A stretch of 63,955 nucleotides of DNA, the filler included, from Lenisia limosa (Eukaryota; Protista; Breviatea): NCBI GenBank assembly GCA_001655205.1. It is 5 parts of 5 records of this genome, joined end to end, with 100 filler letters (N's around TTAATTAATTAA, not from the genome) between each part and the next. Parts side by side here need not be neighbours in the genome. Positions count along the whole stretch, not along the records: positions 1 to 29,060 come from LPNZ01011417.1; 4 more parts are not named here. One strand, given 5' to 3'. The translations under genes were made by a program, and so were the position numbers. Under the pieces are notes generated by a model. It did no database searches. It was not told where the DNA came from and worked only from the letters and a program-made list of their open reading frames with translations. Shown here piece by piece: positions 1 to 12,207 of this stretch. The first letter of the stretch is position 1. Every line of letters begins with the position of its first letter.

Positions 1-137
1 CTCTCTACTGCAATTAGAAGAGGTATGCCAACGTCCGTTGTGTTACCCCTGACCCTTTAGATGGTTTGATTGGAATCGGCATTATCGCTGCCGGAGTGGC
101 TGCTGCCGCCCTCTCTATCTTCCTTTGGAAGAGATAA
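1..137 (+). CDS. FIS1: Mitochondrial/peroxisomal fission protein Fis1, C-terminal tail anchor (5' part outside window)
   Basis: Splicing out intron 23-60 (GT..AG) gives LSTAIRRDGLIGIGIIAAGVAAAALSIFLWKR*, resembling the Fis1 tail (KKDGLVGMAIVGG, TM, basic end). Stop TAA 135-137. Confidence 0.65.
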
Positions 138-535
138 AATCTGTAACTCCTTATTTGTATTGTATTTAACGCCCCCACACACTCGTAGATTTATTATTAT
201 TTTCAATAGAGCCCCCAAAATTTCCACAGGGTTACCGAATAATAAAATATTAATTATTTCTCCACTCTATATCATATCACGAAAAACGATCTCAAACATA
301 AATAGTGGAATTAGAGAAAATAAGATACATCATAAAACAAGTTGATGGGAAGCCATAACAAGAGGTCACCAAACAAGAAACACCAATGTAGTGGTTGAAT
401 ACGCCTTCTCCGCTTCGTCAATTCCAAATATTACCAGGTAAGGTTGGAACACTCATTGTCCTTGTGCCATAGTCGCAAACCAAGCAACAGGCTTTAACAC
501 GCGCGCTCGGGAGGGGGGGGGGGGTTCTTACGTGA

Positions 536-2671
536 TTATCCTTTGGATGCCCATTTGAGTCGCCATTCTTGGCCTTGAATCATGAGTGAAAAGACCCAAA
601 TGCGACCTCACCTGCAACGGACAGCGCTTCCTTGTGGCTCATACCAGGGTTGTCTTCCTACTCCATCAAAATATATTGCAAGAGGATTGTCTTTAGTATC
701 GAATGAACTACCCTTACCTTGATGCGAGGTATTGCTGTTTTCAGGAAAATATTATAGGCGGAAGGGTTTCGTTTTTTCTTAGGCTTTTGATGAACTGGCA
801 TGTGAGTGAAGGAACATTACTTACCCTCTTCCCAGGCCAATTTGTCGTCACGGTACCTTTCTTCATCATTTCGCTGCATAGCCACCCAATTTGACTGGTC
901 AGCTTCAGATAATGAATTCCACCTAACATAATAAACAGAAAAGAGAAGACAAAAAGTTCGACTCTCACATTTCAGAAATTTGTTTCAGCGTCAATTTTGA
1001 TGTACTGGACTCTCTCATACTCTGAGAAAACCTGAAAGATTATTGTTAACCTCCCTACCCTCCCCAATAAATGACCCAACCCAAACCAGGAAAAAGCAGA
1101 TTTGGGTCGTTTTGGAGCATCTTTGTGCTAAAACGTAAAGTTCAACCATCGACTGACCAACCTTTTTTGACCCTTTCTTGCCGCCACCACCAATAGTTTT
1201 CTTGGACCGATAGCGCCGCCGTGGGGCTGGTCCAATGTCCACCAATCTGGTCGACCTTTGGTCCTATTGCGGTCAACGTGTCAAAGTGGCGGCCATTACA
1301 TTCGAGAACAAATGACAGTACACAAACGAACAAATGTCAAAACTCCCCATAATCAAACAAATTATATGCATAGAGTAAGAAGATAGTCGCAGTTCATCAA
1401 AACCAGAAGACCAACCAATTCAGCGAAAATGTCCGGAGTCTCAGGAGCATCCGGCATTGTGGGCATATCTTCCTGACTCGATTCTCCGGCATCCAACTCT
1501 GGAACAGTAATTTTTTTCAATTCCACAAAAGGAAAACATATTGTTTGTTCAAAGAAAACTGTCAACTCACCATCGATATCTCTCAATGGAGTTGGTACGG
1601 GGGTCAGACCAGAATGCATGTCCGCTTCTGGCGACGCCAGAAATGGCGTTGGAATCAAGCCGTACGATGGAGTCCTAACGGTGCAATAAATGCTTCTATT
1701 CACAATACCCAATAAATGCTGCAATCACAATTCCCAAGTAAGACCAAACTTCTCAAAAAGAATCAACATCGGTTGCATATGAACCCAGTCGTCAATACCC
1801 CACCAACGTTCTAAGAATTGAAGGAACAATGAACGAGGAAAGCGTGTTGGCCCGACTTGGGAAGTTGTCTTTTTCGTAATTAACGGTACTGGACACTTCG
1901 GGCAACCCAGGGAAGACAGGGGAGGTGTTTGAAAGATTGAAAATCGGAGTTTCTGTACGCGAGTCTGGTCTGGGTTCGATGCTAGGAGGGTTCATTGGGG
2001 TAATCGGTTTCGCAAGAAGAGTTGATCTTTTGATGGCAGATGGAGCTGAAATACTCGGGATTTTGAAGTCCTGGATGCTGGGGGGAGTCGGCACAAGAGG
2101 GGTAATGGTAGAAATCGGGGATATTGACTGGGGGATTGGGGTAGCAAAAAAGCTTCCTGGGAATGTTTGTGCCCTAAATAATAATAAAAAATAATGGGCC
2201 AAGAATTTTTGAGTCCAATTCAACTCCATCATACTTGCTCAGAGGGAGGTCAACATTAATAGACAGCGGAGAAGACACCTCTAAGTCTGGGGTCATTGAA
2301 GGAATGATATCACTAACATCAATATCCTCATATCTTAAACCCATCTCAGTTTGCTGTACAAATGGGTTGACAGCTTCCATACTGCTGCGAGAGCTTTCAG
2401 AGCCTTCAGAAGCATCGGAAGCATCGGAAACATCACTTCCCAACGCATCTGTTGGAACATCGCCCGACTCTTGTGCGAAGGAAAACGGGCGAATAAGAGA
2501 GGCTTCGTCTTCAGACAAAGGGTTATGGGAATCGGAGAAGAGTTCTGGAGAAGAGGGCGGCGTGTCCATGAACGGGAAGCGAATGTTGTTCTCTCTCTGA
2601 AACAATTGGTCATGTTGGTATAAAACCATGTTTGGAGACTGTATATCATATGGATGTGTGGGTAAATTCAT
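536..2671 (-). CDS. Multi-exon protein with a long S/P/acidic low-complexity region and two C-terminal HMG boxes (second YABBY-like); 5' end uncertain
   Basis: Spliced exons give HKDAPKRPKSAFSWFSQSMRESSTSKLTLKQISEMWNSLSEADQSNWVAMQRNDEERYRDDKLAWEE (HMG box), then KPKKKRNPSAYNIFLKTAIPRIKEDNPGMSHKEALSVAGQEWRLKWASKG*. Stop TAA 536-538; includes a 30-nt intron at 795-824. Confidence 0.8.
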
Positions 2672-2825
2672 AAAAGTATAATAGTTATCATCATTAATAA
2701 ATGGTCCAGTGTGGACGGCCTCGGATATGTACTATTTTTTGCATATCATATTATACATCTGATAAAATGGGTAAAAGATTGATGTTCTTTATCAGTGATA
2801 GTGTCCATCCTTAGGTATGTCACTG

Positions 2826-4161
2826 CTATTTATGATAATGTTTATGTGATAATGATCCTGCTATGCTCACGAGGCCCAAAATATTGTTTTGTGTTGGAGG
2901 TGCCATGCCAAAGAGAATGTCATCGCCGGCACGGAGTGTGGAATAGTCAATGNNNNNNNNNNNNNNNNNNNNNNNNNNNNNNNNNNNNNNNNNNNNNNNN
3001 NNNNNNNNNNNNNNNNNNNNNNNNNNNNNNNNNNNNNNNNNNNNNNNNNNNNNNNNNNNNNNNNNNNNNNNNNNNNNNNNNNNNNNNNNNATTGTCAATA
3101 TGTCTCCCAAATATATATACAATGGTATTGCTTTGTCAATCACCAATGATACACCAGCGCTTTGTCTTTTCATTACAATTGATTCGAATGGACAATATTG
3201 CCATATTGCCTCCTCATTAACCCAACGCACAACAATTGCAGGCTCCCTGTCCGATTCAGACTGATCAGAATCGCTGAAGATCGCAGGTTCAGCTGAAACA
3301 TCGACAATAACTTCTGCAGGACGGTTGGAGAGTAGATGGAACAACTAGACACAATCAGTGGGGATAAAGGAATTTAAGATAGAATATGTCTGTCGTACCT
3401 CCTTCAGTTTCACTCGAGTTGTTGATGGCAGTTGTGAAAAGTTTGGCGGGTCCACATGAACGGAGGGCTTATGCCTTGTGATATGCACTGGTCTTTGGAC
3501 AGCTATCAAAGTGATCAAGGAATCCGTGATAACAAAAGACAGGGAAAGTCTATACCAAGGAATAGGGGTGAATAGTAGGTCGTTGTGCGCAATTATCAGC
3601 TTACTATTTTGAAAACTGCCTTCATGTTCACGAATGACTCCATCACTTTCTTCCTCTTCAAACTCTCCATCACTCTCTTCTTCCTCCTCCCCATTTCCAT
3701 CATCTGAAAGCTCATCATCTCTGTCTTCATCATGCGGTTCTACTTGATCATCGAGAGGTAGAGGTCCCTTTTCTTCCTTCACAACAGTACTCATTCGCGA
3801 GACTTGTTCACCTTCCTACATACAATCAGGGGGTATGGCCACCTTCCTACATATAATCAGGGGGTATGTTGAAAAGACTCATATCGTTGCTCAATATAAA
3901 AAAATAAAAAAATGTTGTTACAAAATATTGATAAAACAATGATAGGGGGGGGGGGGGNNNNNNNNNNNNNNNNNNNNNNNNNNNNNNNNNNNNNNNNNNN
4001 NNNNNNNNNNNNNNNNNNNNNNNNNNNNNNNNNNNNNNNNNNNNNNNNNNNNAACTGACCTGAGGTTCACACACGGTTCGCGCAGCTCTGTCACTCCTGT
4101 CACAGCTGAAGCAGAAAGAGTTGTGGCGATGCCGCAATTCCGAGACTTGCCCGAAGAACAA
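2826..4161 (-). CDS. Probable upstream exons of the HMG-box gene, or a separate gene (acidic tract, possible Tudor-like segments)
   Basis: Open frames with an acidic stretch (DEDRDDELSDDGNGEEEEESDGEFEEEES), IVVRWVNEEAIWQYCPFESIV and IDYSTLRAGDDILFG. ORF 2174-2671 has an acceptor near 2640, so upstream exons are needed. Two N gaps interrupt the region. Confidence 0.4.
3809..3868. repeat. 31-bp tandem duplication spanning a minus-strand 3' splice site
   Basis: caccttcctacata(c/t)aatcagggggtatg x2; each copy carries ..tatgtag|GAAGGTG on the minus strand. Confidence 0.8.
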
Positions 4162-4437
4162 AAAAAAAACGAAAGACGATGAAAAGATTTTGTGCCCATA
4201 AAAAATATAGTCAATAGAAACCTTCCATATTTGGGGTGCCTTATTTTGGGCTAATCAAACCACGCATCGGATGTAATGTACCTTTTCATAACCACCTCTC
4301 TGTGTCTCTGTTGCTACCCATTCATCCTCTTGTCTGTCACTTCACCCGAGACTAACCTGTCTACTCTCTATCCCAAAATACAAATTCAACTTGACAAACT
4401 TTGACAACTGATTGCCATTTCATTGAACAAACTCTAC

Positions 4438-7400
4438 CATGCCCTGCGCCATGTGTTATTGGGAGCTTTGAGGGAAAAGTGAAGTAGCTTATCAAATTTC
4501 TGAATCAAAAAGGTATGTTCTATTTGAAAGCCAGTTGGTATAGTCGACTACCATTAATCGTCCCACCAAATGTACCCCCAAACCAGCATAATTTTAAAAG
4601 ATGTTAATACACATATGATATGTACATTCACACTATCTTGCACGTGTAATAATAATGATGTAGTTCCGTATGCGGTCTTTAAAGACAGCCCGCACTGTGT
4701 TACCCATTGCCATTCTCGTTTCATTCGCACTCGTCCCTTTCATCGCGTAAGTAATGTGGGTGCAAACTGAACTTTTAGATTCGCTTCGATTCCCGTCAAC
4801 CATGATGCATTTTACTGCAAATTATTTGAAAGCTGCCTAGGTAACTTCGTGCCTCTGCTTTAGGAAAGGACTGCGTGTCCATCCAAGCCACTGTCCCCAA
4901 TGCTCTGCTGTCCACTTTGTTTGAAGGGGCTCATGAGACCAATCACAAACTGCTGTGGACATTCTGTTTGTGTCACTTGTTTCAATGTGGGAAGGGTTAC
5001 ATTTTTATCTTTGTCAAAGTGGTCTTCTCTACTTCTCTTTGATTTTTTAGAGCTTAGAACTTTCCACAGTAAAATGCCCTATTTGCCAGGATGATTGGAT
5101 TTGCAAAGCAGAGAACCTGAAGCTAAAAAGAACTATTCATGTATGTACAAGTTGTGAACTTTTGAATTGCTTTCCATTTATTTCTGTAGAAGTTATCAAA
5201 AGAGAAAGCGCTCCCAACCTTTCACATTTCTGATATTGGCATTATAGAGAAGGGTAACACTGTAAGTTTTTTGTAGCCAATATGAATATGAAATGTTAAT
5301 GTTAATTATCCCTCTTCATAAACTACACCCGTTTCCACACCTCATGACATCCGCGTTCATCATTCACGCAGAAGACAACAATTCAGTAGTTATTATTTTA
5401 ATTGCCCAGAATACTGAATAATGGACCATTCAGACATGATTCAAAGTCTCTTTGTTATTTTTAGATCTGCTTTGACTCTACTGGAAGATTATTTTCAACC
5501 ACATACCAAGGGAATGCGGTACTTGTGCGTGACTGGAAAAATGTATGTAAAATACCTCTAGTGACCTTTTCCAGCATACAGTTGCCCCCTTTCCATTTAT
5601 GTTGAGTATTCGGCTTTCTCAAGTTCTTGACTTCCGTTACCTCCTTAAGCCCATTGCCGTTTCCGAGAAACCCCCTTTGGTGGGTAGGGTAACCAATGGT
5701 GACACTTCAGGTGATGTATGAGGGTTTGGAACACGGGACATTTGAGGACCACATCTTCAACACGCATCTTGGGTTCAGACCTCTTCCAAGGAAAATACTT
5801 AGAGGTTCGTCAAGCTACACCTTGTTTCAAAACAATTCATGACTAATTAATTTCTTCCAGGGGCTTCCACAGCGATTGAAGTTGTTGCCAAAGTTGGTTT
5901 ATGTGACGTTGCATTGTACTTAATTTACTTTAGGTTGCACTAGCTATATCATATCTTCATCAAAACGGTGTTTTCCATGGTGGTCTATGTCCAAAATCCA
6001 TTTTGGTATGAAACTCATTTATGCAAAAATATCTTCTTTGGTTTTTGACCAATCTGACACGACAGTTGCATGAAGACGGAGCTCCTGCTGTTTATGACAT
6101 GGCATTCCTCCAGCCCGATTCCGCAAATCTCTTCAAAGTCGCGCTCAACAACGTGCCACCTGGAAATGCCCATTTATCGCTTACTCCTACTCAGTGAGTT
6201 GAAATAAATACTGTGTGAAGACTGACTTTTTAGTTGCGACAACCCTCCACCTTTCTTCACAGTTTGCTATCTTTCCCTATTTGAAATGTTACCTCACAGC
6301 CAAAGAGAATTTCTGCCTCAGTCCCGGACTTATGTTGGGTAGCTCCAGAGGTTTGTTCGCCTTTGCAAGTTTGAGTTATCACAAACAACAATACTTCATT
6401 GAACCTTCACTATCCAGATTCAATATGGACCTTCAGCAGGAACCCCACAAGCAGATGTTTTCTCCCTCGGTATACATCATTTGGTAGATTTCTGTTGAAC
6501 AGTTTTAGCCAAATACCTTTTTGTCTTACTCTGTGTTGCATCACTGGCACATAATGAAATAACTCTGCAGGTATGATCATTTGGTTTGCATTTACTGGAA
6601 TTATGCCAATGGAAACATACAACAATGAACAGGTAAGATCTTCATTGACGGCCATTGTTCAGTTTTCATTGCTCATGGTTAAGATTCGGCAGCGACGAAG
6701 TCATGGTCTTGTTGACGTGTTGCCAATGGAAGGAATACACAAGGATGCCGTCAATCTAATCAACGCTGCCGTTTGTTTTGAACCCAGTAAGCTGGCCTAG
6801 TTTATTTTTCCTATTGTGGACTACTTGGTCACCCTTTAGGCACCCGTATATCGTCGAGAGACTTTGCCACAAGGGCGTTTAAACTGGTTTCTCTATTGGA
6901 TGACACGGATCACATTGTAAGACTAAAGACAATTTTTATTTGTAATTGAATCTGACAAGTGTAGCATACAGCACGTTCACGAACCAGCTCGCTACGCAGT
7001 GGTGGGGAATTATTCCCCCAAGATCAACACAAACTCATAGCACCTCCTTCGCTGGAACTAATTCGAAACAGCAGTGTCATGGGATCGTCATTACTTCAAA
7101 GCACCAGCCTCATTCCCCAGCTTACCACTCGAGATGTTGGCAGAAGAGAGAACCCATTTCCCATTGATTTGCCTCACAATTCAGATTGACTTTGAGAACT
7201 ATGACGATATACTTTCGAGTTTCACAAACAACATAATTGAAAAAAGTGAGCCTAGCACCTTCCTTTGGAATAACCCTTTCAGCAACATCTATGGATACTT
7301 TTGATCAGCGTGTAGGTTTAGGTTGCGAATTCACCACTTTAGTCCATGTCTCTTGAATCGGCCTATAGTCTCGGTCAATTATCAAATGGCAAAAAACCGA

Positions 7401-9060
7401 GACAGTGGGTTACTTAGTCAACTCCCTTCTCGGATTGATGTTAGGTTTACCACATTTAGAAAGCCAAGGGTGTTGAAAGCCTCCGATGAATCAATGGTAG
7501 CCTACAAAAATTGTAATACCCATCAACTTCTAACATGTATACAGCAATTCATTTGAAGATGAGGATTCATGCTTTGAAAAATGTGACTCAAACTCTCATA
7601 AAGGAAAACAGTAGGGTTACCCAGACCTTTACCAAGAGATATTGAAAATACATTGCCACGGAGTTTCATCATGGAAGTATTTATCAATACTCGTTCCGGG
7701 AACAATACTGACGAACAATGCGCGTTTTTGGAGTTCATTTGTCACATTTATAGTAGGATGTGAAGTAGTGTTTTGTGGTCATATTAACAATTCAGGTACG
7801 TTCACTGATGACATACTGAGTCATGATTTTGTGAACATGATGGTTGGTACTTGCTGCCTGTTCCTTTCCTGTTCAATGCGTTACAGACTTTTTACGCCGA
7901 TTTGATCACCTCATCACATTAGGCGGAGTGGTCAAACAATGTGACGAAATCTGTCATATTCGCGGAGTTGTATTTGAGAATGTGCCTTACTATGTGTACT
8001 GGTTGGTCAATAATGATACATACGATCTTTGTTCACCATTTTAGTTTCTACGAATAGTGATGAATTCAGCTCGATTCCAATGTTTTCTGTAGCCGAATCA
8101 TCAATTAGAACATATCGGTGAGAGTTATATATCACAGCTTCTTACACGTTAGAAAAGAAACTAACATTGAGCACATTGGAGTATCACTCATCTTCTACGC
8201 AACTATCAGGAATTGTTTGTCAATTTTGCGTTTAACCTCTTTAGCTACCACTTTTGTAAAATTAGAATCTATTCACCAATTGTTACTAGAACTGATATCA
8301 CCACCAATGGTGCCAAACATTACTGTCGCCCTTTCAACTGAACTCATTTCACTGCTTTGTATAAAGACTAGTAAGGAGTAGCTTTTGCTGGCTGATAGTT
8401 TAGACCTTCCAAACAAATACAATCAAATACTCCCATCAGTCTTGGCTATCCTCGTCAATTCGTCTGATCAACAGGTGGCAAATGAGCACAAGTTTTAACT
8501 ATTTAGATTGCCCGCTCCGCTTGTAAGTCGTATATTCGTCTTGCTTGCAGTACGTCGGGGCAAGGGTTTTGCTTACAATTTCGTCCAATTTTCAGCCAAC
8601 GTGTCTTCAAACTTTTAAATCGACAATACGAGTGAGAAGTAGTTTTGTAAACGTACAGAGTTTGAAAAACAATTCATTTAGGCACAGTCGCCCCTCATGT
8701 TACATTTGTTTTAACTTCTCAGAACAAGTATTCGACTTTACTATTGACTGGGCCTCAATATACCATCAGGTGAAGGGTGTATAATTATCAATCTTGTCAA
8801 AGCATGATCTCATGATGAAGATAAAAGCGAGCCTTTCCAGTAATGAAACGCCGGCCTATGTTGATACTGCCGAAAAGCTCATCAAAGTGATACAAAAACA
8901 CAAACCACACTGTCTTGATGGTATGTGCAGATTTTTTTTAATATGGCTCACTTTTTTTTAGACTCACCAACTTCCATTGCCAGTATTACTCAAGTAAGTT
9001 GAACGATTGGGTTTTTGTAAAATTTGTATATTTTTATGATATAGGGGTTTATTCACCAGT
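4438..9060 (+). CDS. RING-HC finger + pseudokinase + long uncharacterised C-terminal region (many exons)
   Basis: RING: CPLC-LKGLMRPITNC-CGHSV-CVTC, then KCPIC in the next exon. Kinase-fold motifs: VMYEGLEHGTFEDHIF, VALAISYLHQNGVFHGGLCPKSIL, LHEDGAPAVYDMAF, QADVFSLG, IIWFAFTGIMPM. Start and end are approximate. Confidence 0.7.
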
Positions 9061-9290
9061 AGGCCACTGCACCTGGTTACAGTTTTTCTTTTTATTCATT
9101 TCTTATTTTCTTGTCTTATTTGTTTTATTGTTTTTGTGTTTGTGCTAGGTCATTAATATAGAATAGTTATGTAGTCACAATCGGCAATTGCCACATTTAG
9201 AATACCGAGTACTATATTGATAGAACTTGCAAGTACTCAAGACTGCGTCACGGACTCCTCTAGTTGATTACATGTTGCAATATGGCATAC

Positions 9291-11719
9291 CTAGACTGCG
9301 GGCTCGGTACATGGCACAACCACAGCCCCCAGTTTTGTTGTCAAGTCTGACACGGACAAGCCAAGTTTGAGGTCGACTTCACCCCCTCCCATCCAAATGA
9401 AGGGGGGTCTGAGAGACGCAGCAGCTAGATACTGGTAAGAACAGAGCACATTATATCGACCATGATTAGTTTTATATCTGTATTTGATCTGCTACTACCT
9501 TCAGATATCATATATCATATTATATATACTATATCATATATACTATATATACTATATCATATATATATCAAGATATATATATAAACATTGGAGCTTTACA
9601 AGAAGCAAAGCACNNNNNNNNNNGAGTAGGCCACTGCACCTAGTTCCAGTTTTATATCTGTATTTAATTTGCTACTGCCTTCAGATATCATATGGTATAG
9701 ATAATATATAAACATTGGAGCTTTACAAGACAGAGCGCGAAGCAAAGCACAAGCAGTTAACAATGATGACCCTCCACCCACACTCGCTCAAGAAGATGGG
9801 CATTTTGACAGCTGTGCCAACGGGCGACATTCCATTGTGCTCTTGTCCAGTCAATTCAATGGCTTTCTGTAAGGGTTAAAACAGCTCTAAAGGGATTAAA
9901 ACAGCTAAAACAGCTCATGAGAAGCCGTACACATACTGAACATGGTTCAATATCATGACCCACCTCCTCTGGACAGAATCTCAGGTTAAAAGAGGAAGCT
10001 GGTCTGCCAGTTTTAGCTCTCAAGTACNNNNNNNNNNTCTATATCATGATCCACCTCTTCTGGACAGAATCTCAGGTTAAAAGAGGAAGCTGGTCTGCCA
10101 GTTTTAGCTCTCAAGTACTTCTGGAATGCCATGGTATCGAACTAGGTTGTAACAAAATAGCCATCATCATTGGAGGATTCAAATATAAGACACCCACATT
10201 ACTGGTATACTGAACAATCACAACTGTGTATCGACTGTAGAACTGGAGAATTTGAAGCTGATGATTCTCTCTTTTTCCTCTTTAACTACCCAAAAACAGC
10301 ATACTTGCTTATCAAGGTCAGTTTCCGGGACAAAGGAGTCGGGCATTGCGTTGTTGACCAGAATAATGGACTTGCAAAGATGATTGATACTAGCTGCTCC
10401 TAATTTCTCCCTACTTCATAAGAACCAAAGCAAGGCCACAAAAAANNNNNNNNNNTACCTTCCCCAGCACCCACATTACTGGTATACTGAACAATCACAA
10501 CTGTGTATCGACTGTAGAACTGGAGAGTTAGAAGATGATGATTCTCTTTTTTTACTCTTTAACTACCCAAAAACAACATACTTGCTTATCAAAGTCAGTT
10601 TCCGGGACAAAGGAGTCGGGCATTGCGTTGTTGACCAAAATAATGGACTTGCAAAGATGATGGATACTAGCTGCTCCTAATTTCTCCCTACTTCATAAGA
10701 ACCAAAGCAAGGCCACAAAAAAGCAGATGGGTTAACATGACACCAATTGTTACTAGAACTGATATCACCACCAATAGTGCCAAACATTACTGTCGCCCTT
10801 TCAACTGAACTATTTCACTGCTTTGTATAAAGACTAGTAAGGAGTAGCTTTTGCTGGCTGATAGTTTAGACCTTCCAAACAAATACAATCAAATACTCCC
10901 ATCAGTCTTGGCCATCCTCCTCAATTCGTCTGATCAACAGGTGGCAAATGAGCACAAGTTTTAACTATTTAGATTGCCCGNNNNNNNNNNTTGCAAGAGT
11001 ATCGTTCACCCTTACTTTCGCCACATCAAATCATGCTGATAGTAATCAAAGGGCACACGGATGACACTTCCACTAAATGGTAAAACGGGTAAGATCCTGT
11101 GGCGTTACGTAATCATTGCGCTTGTTATCACAAAACCTCAAAGGCTGGAAGAGCTAGGAGGTGTATTGATAAAATACTGTATCCTCCAAGGGAAGAGCTG
11201 GTGAATACATGAGGTATTATTATGCTACAAACCAAGACCTAACTCATAAAACATACAACGCAAGAATAACCGAATAACCCCTGAAGTAAAACTATTGTGA
11301 AAAAAACAAAAACAACAAATAAACAGAAAAGGATTTTGAAAAGAACAACAAAACAACAACAACAGCATCCATTTGAAAACCCTCTCTCACGACTTTGCCT
11401 GAGCATTAATGCAACTTTGGGCCACCTTGCTGTGAGCTGGACTGGCGGGTCGTCCAGTGCCATCCTGCATGATCCGTGCCTCACTACTGGGAGAAAGGCT
11501 CACAAGAACCTGTTTAATCTGGAAAATGATGCTTTCATCCTTCTTGAAACGCACAGTCCTTCTTACCTTTTCGATCTCATTTAAGATCTTAGTTTGTTTC
11601 TCAAACACTGCATCATTGTCTGCCTGGGGTTCCTTGAAATAGTTGGAGGGGGGGGGGTCTGAAGAAGAAAGTGCTGTAAAAGCTTGTGCACCACGAATAA
11701 TACCAGCAGCACATACCAT
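9291..11719 (-). CDS. YbaK/aminoacyl-tRNA deacylase-associated domain protein (eukaryotic type known from plants)
   Basis: Exons: FEKQTKILNEIEK; VIRVPFDYYQHDLMWR; LGAASINHLCKSIILVNNAMP..DKQFYSRYTVVIVQYT; YLRAKTGRPASSFNLRFCPEE; KAIELTGQEHNGMSPVGTAVKMPIFLSE; PFIWMGGGEVDLKLGLSVSD. These follow the family motifs LCKSIVLVN, VVVQY, FNLRLAPEE and WLGGGEVDLKLG in order. Confidence 0.8.
9470..10722. repeat. Near-identical paired segments separated by 10-N gaps (probably uncollapsed haplotypes)
   Basis: 9470-9612 ~ 9640-9750; 9950-10027 ~ 10040-10118; 10190-10445 ~ 10468-10722 (9 substitutions counted in about 255 bp). Confidence 0.7.
10741..10980 (+). repeat. Displaced copy of 8275-8513 (part of the RING-pseudokinase gene) inside a YbaK intron, ending at a 10-N gap
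   Basis: About 240 bp match 8275-8513 with only a few differences. Confidence 0.75.
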
Positions 11720-12207
11720 TATTATTTCTTCACCTTTGGGATTGTTTGCAGGTCAAGTAGATATTTGTGTGTTTGTGTTTACGTCACTCCTGGACCCCCA
11801 AAATCTCCCCTTGAGTGCGAAACTCGGTACGAATACTTTCTCTTTTGATCTCACTGATCTCACACAGACAGACTGAAAAACAAAAAAATAAGGGGGGGGG
11901 GGGCGNNNNNNNNNNNNNNNNNNNNNNNNNNNNNNNNNNNNNNNNNNNNNNNNNNNNNNNNNNNNNNNNNNNNNNNNNNNNNNNNNNNNNAAAACCGCCT
12001 TCCAACAGCCTTCTTCCTCAGAGTGTACAGATACTCCCCTTCCTTACACAACCTTAGAAAATACATTATTCGAAACAAAAAAAAAACCTCATAAAATACA
12101 AACCTCAACATAATACGCATCATCCCTGAAGAAAATTAGAGAAATCATGTCCTTATTCAACAATCAATACCAAAAGAGGCTAAACAGAAGTGCCCATTAC
12201 CGAACCT

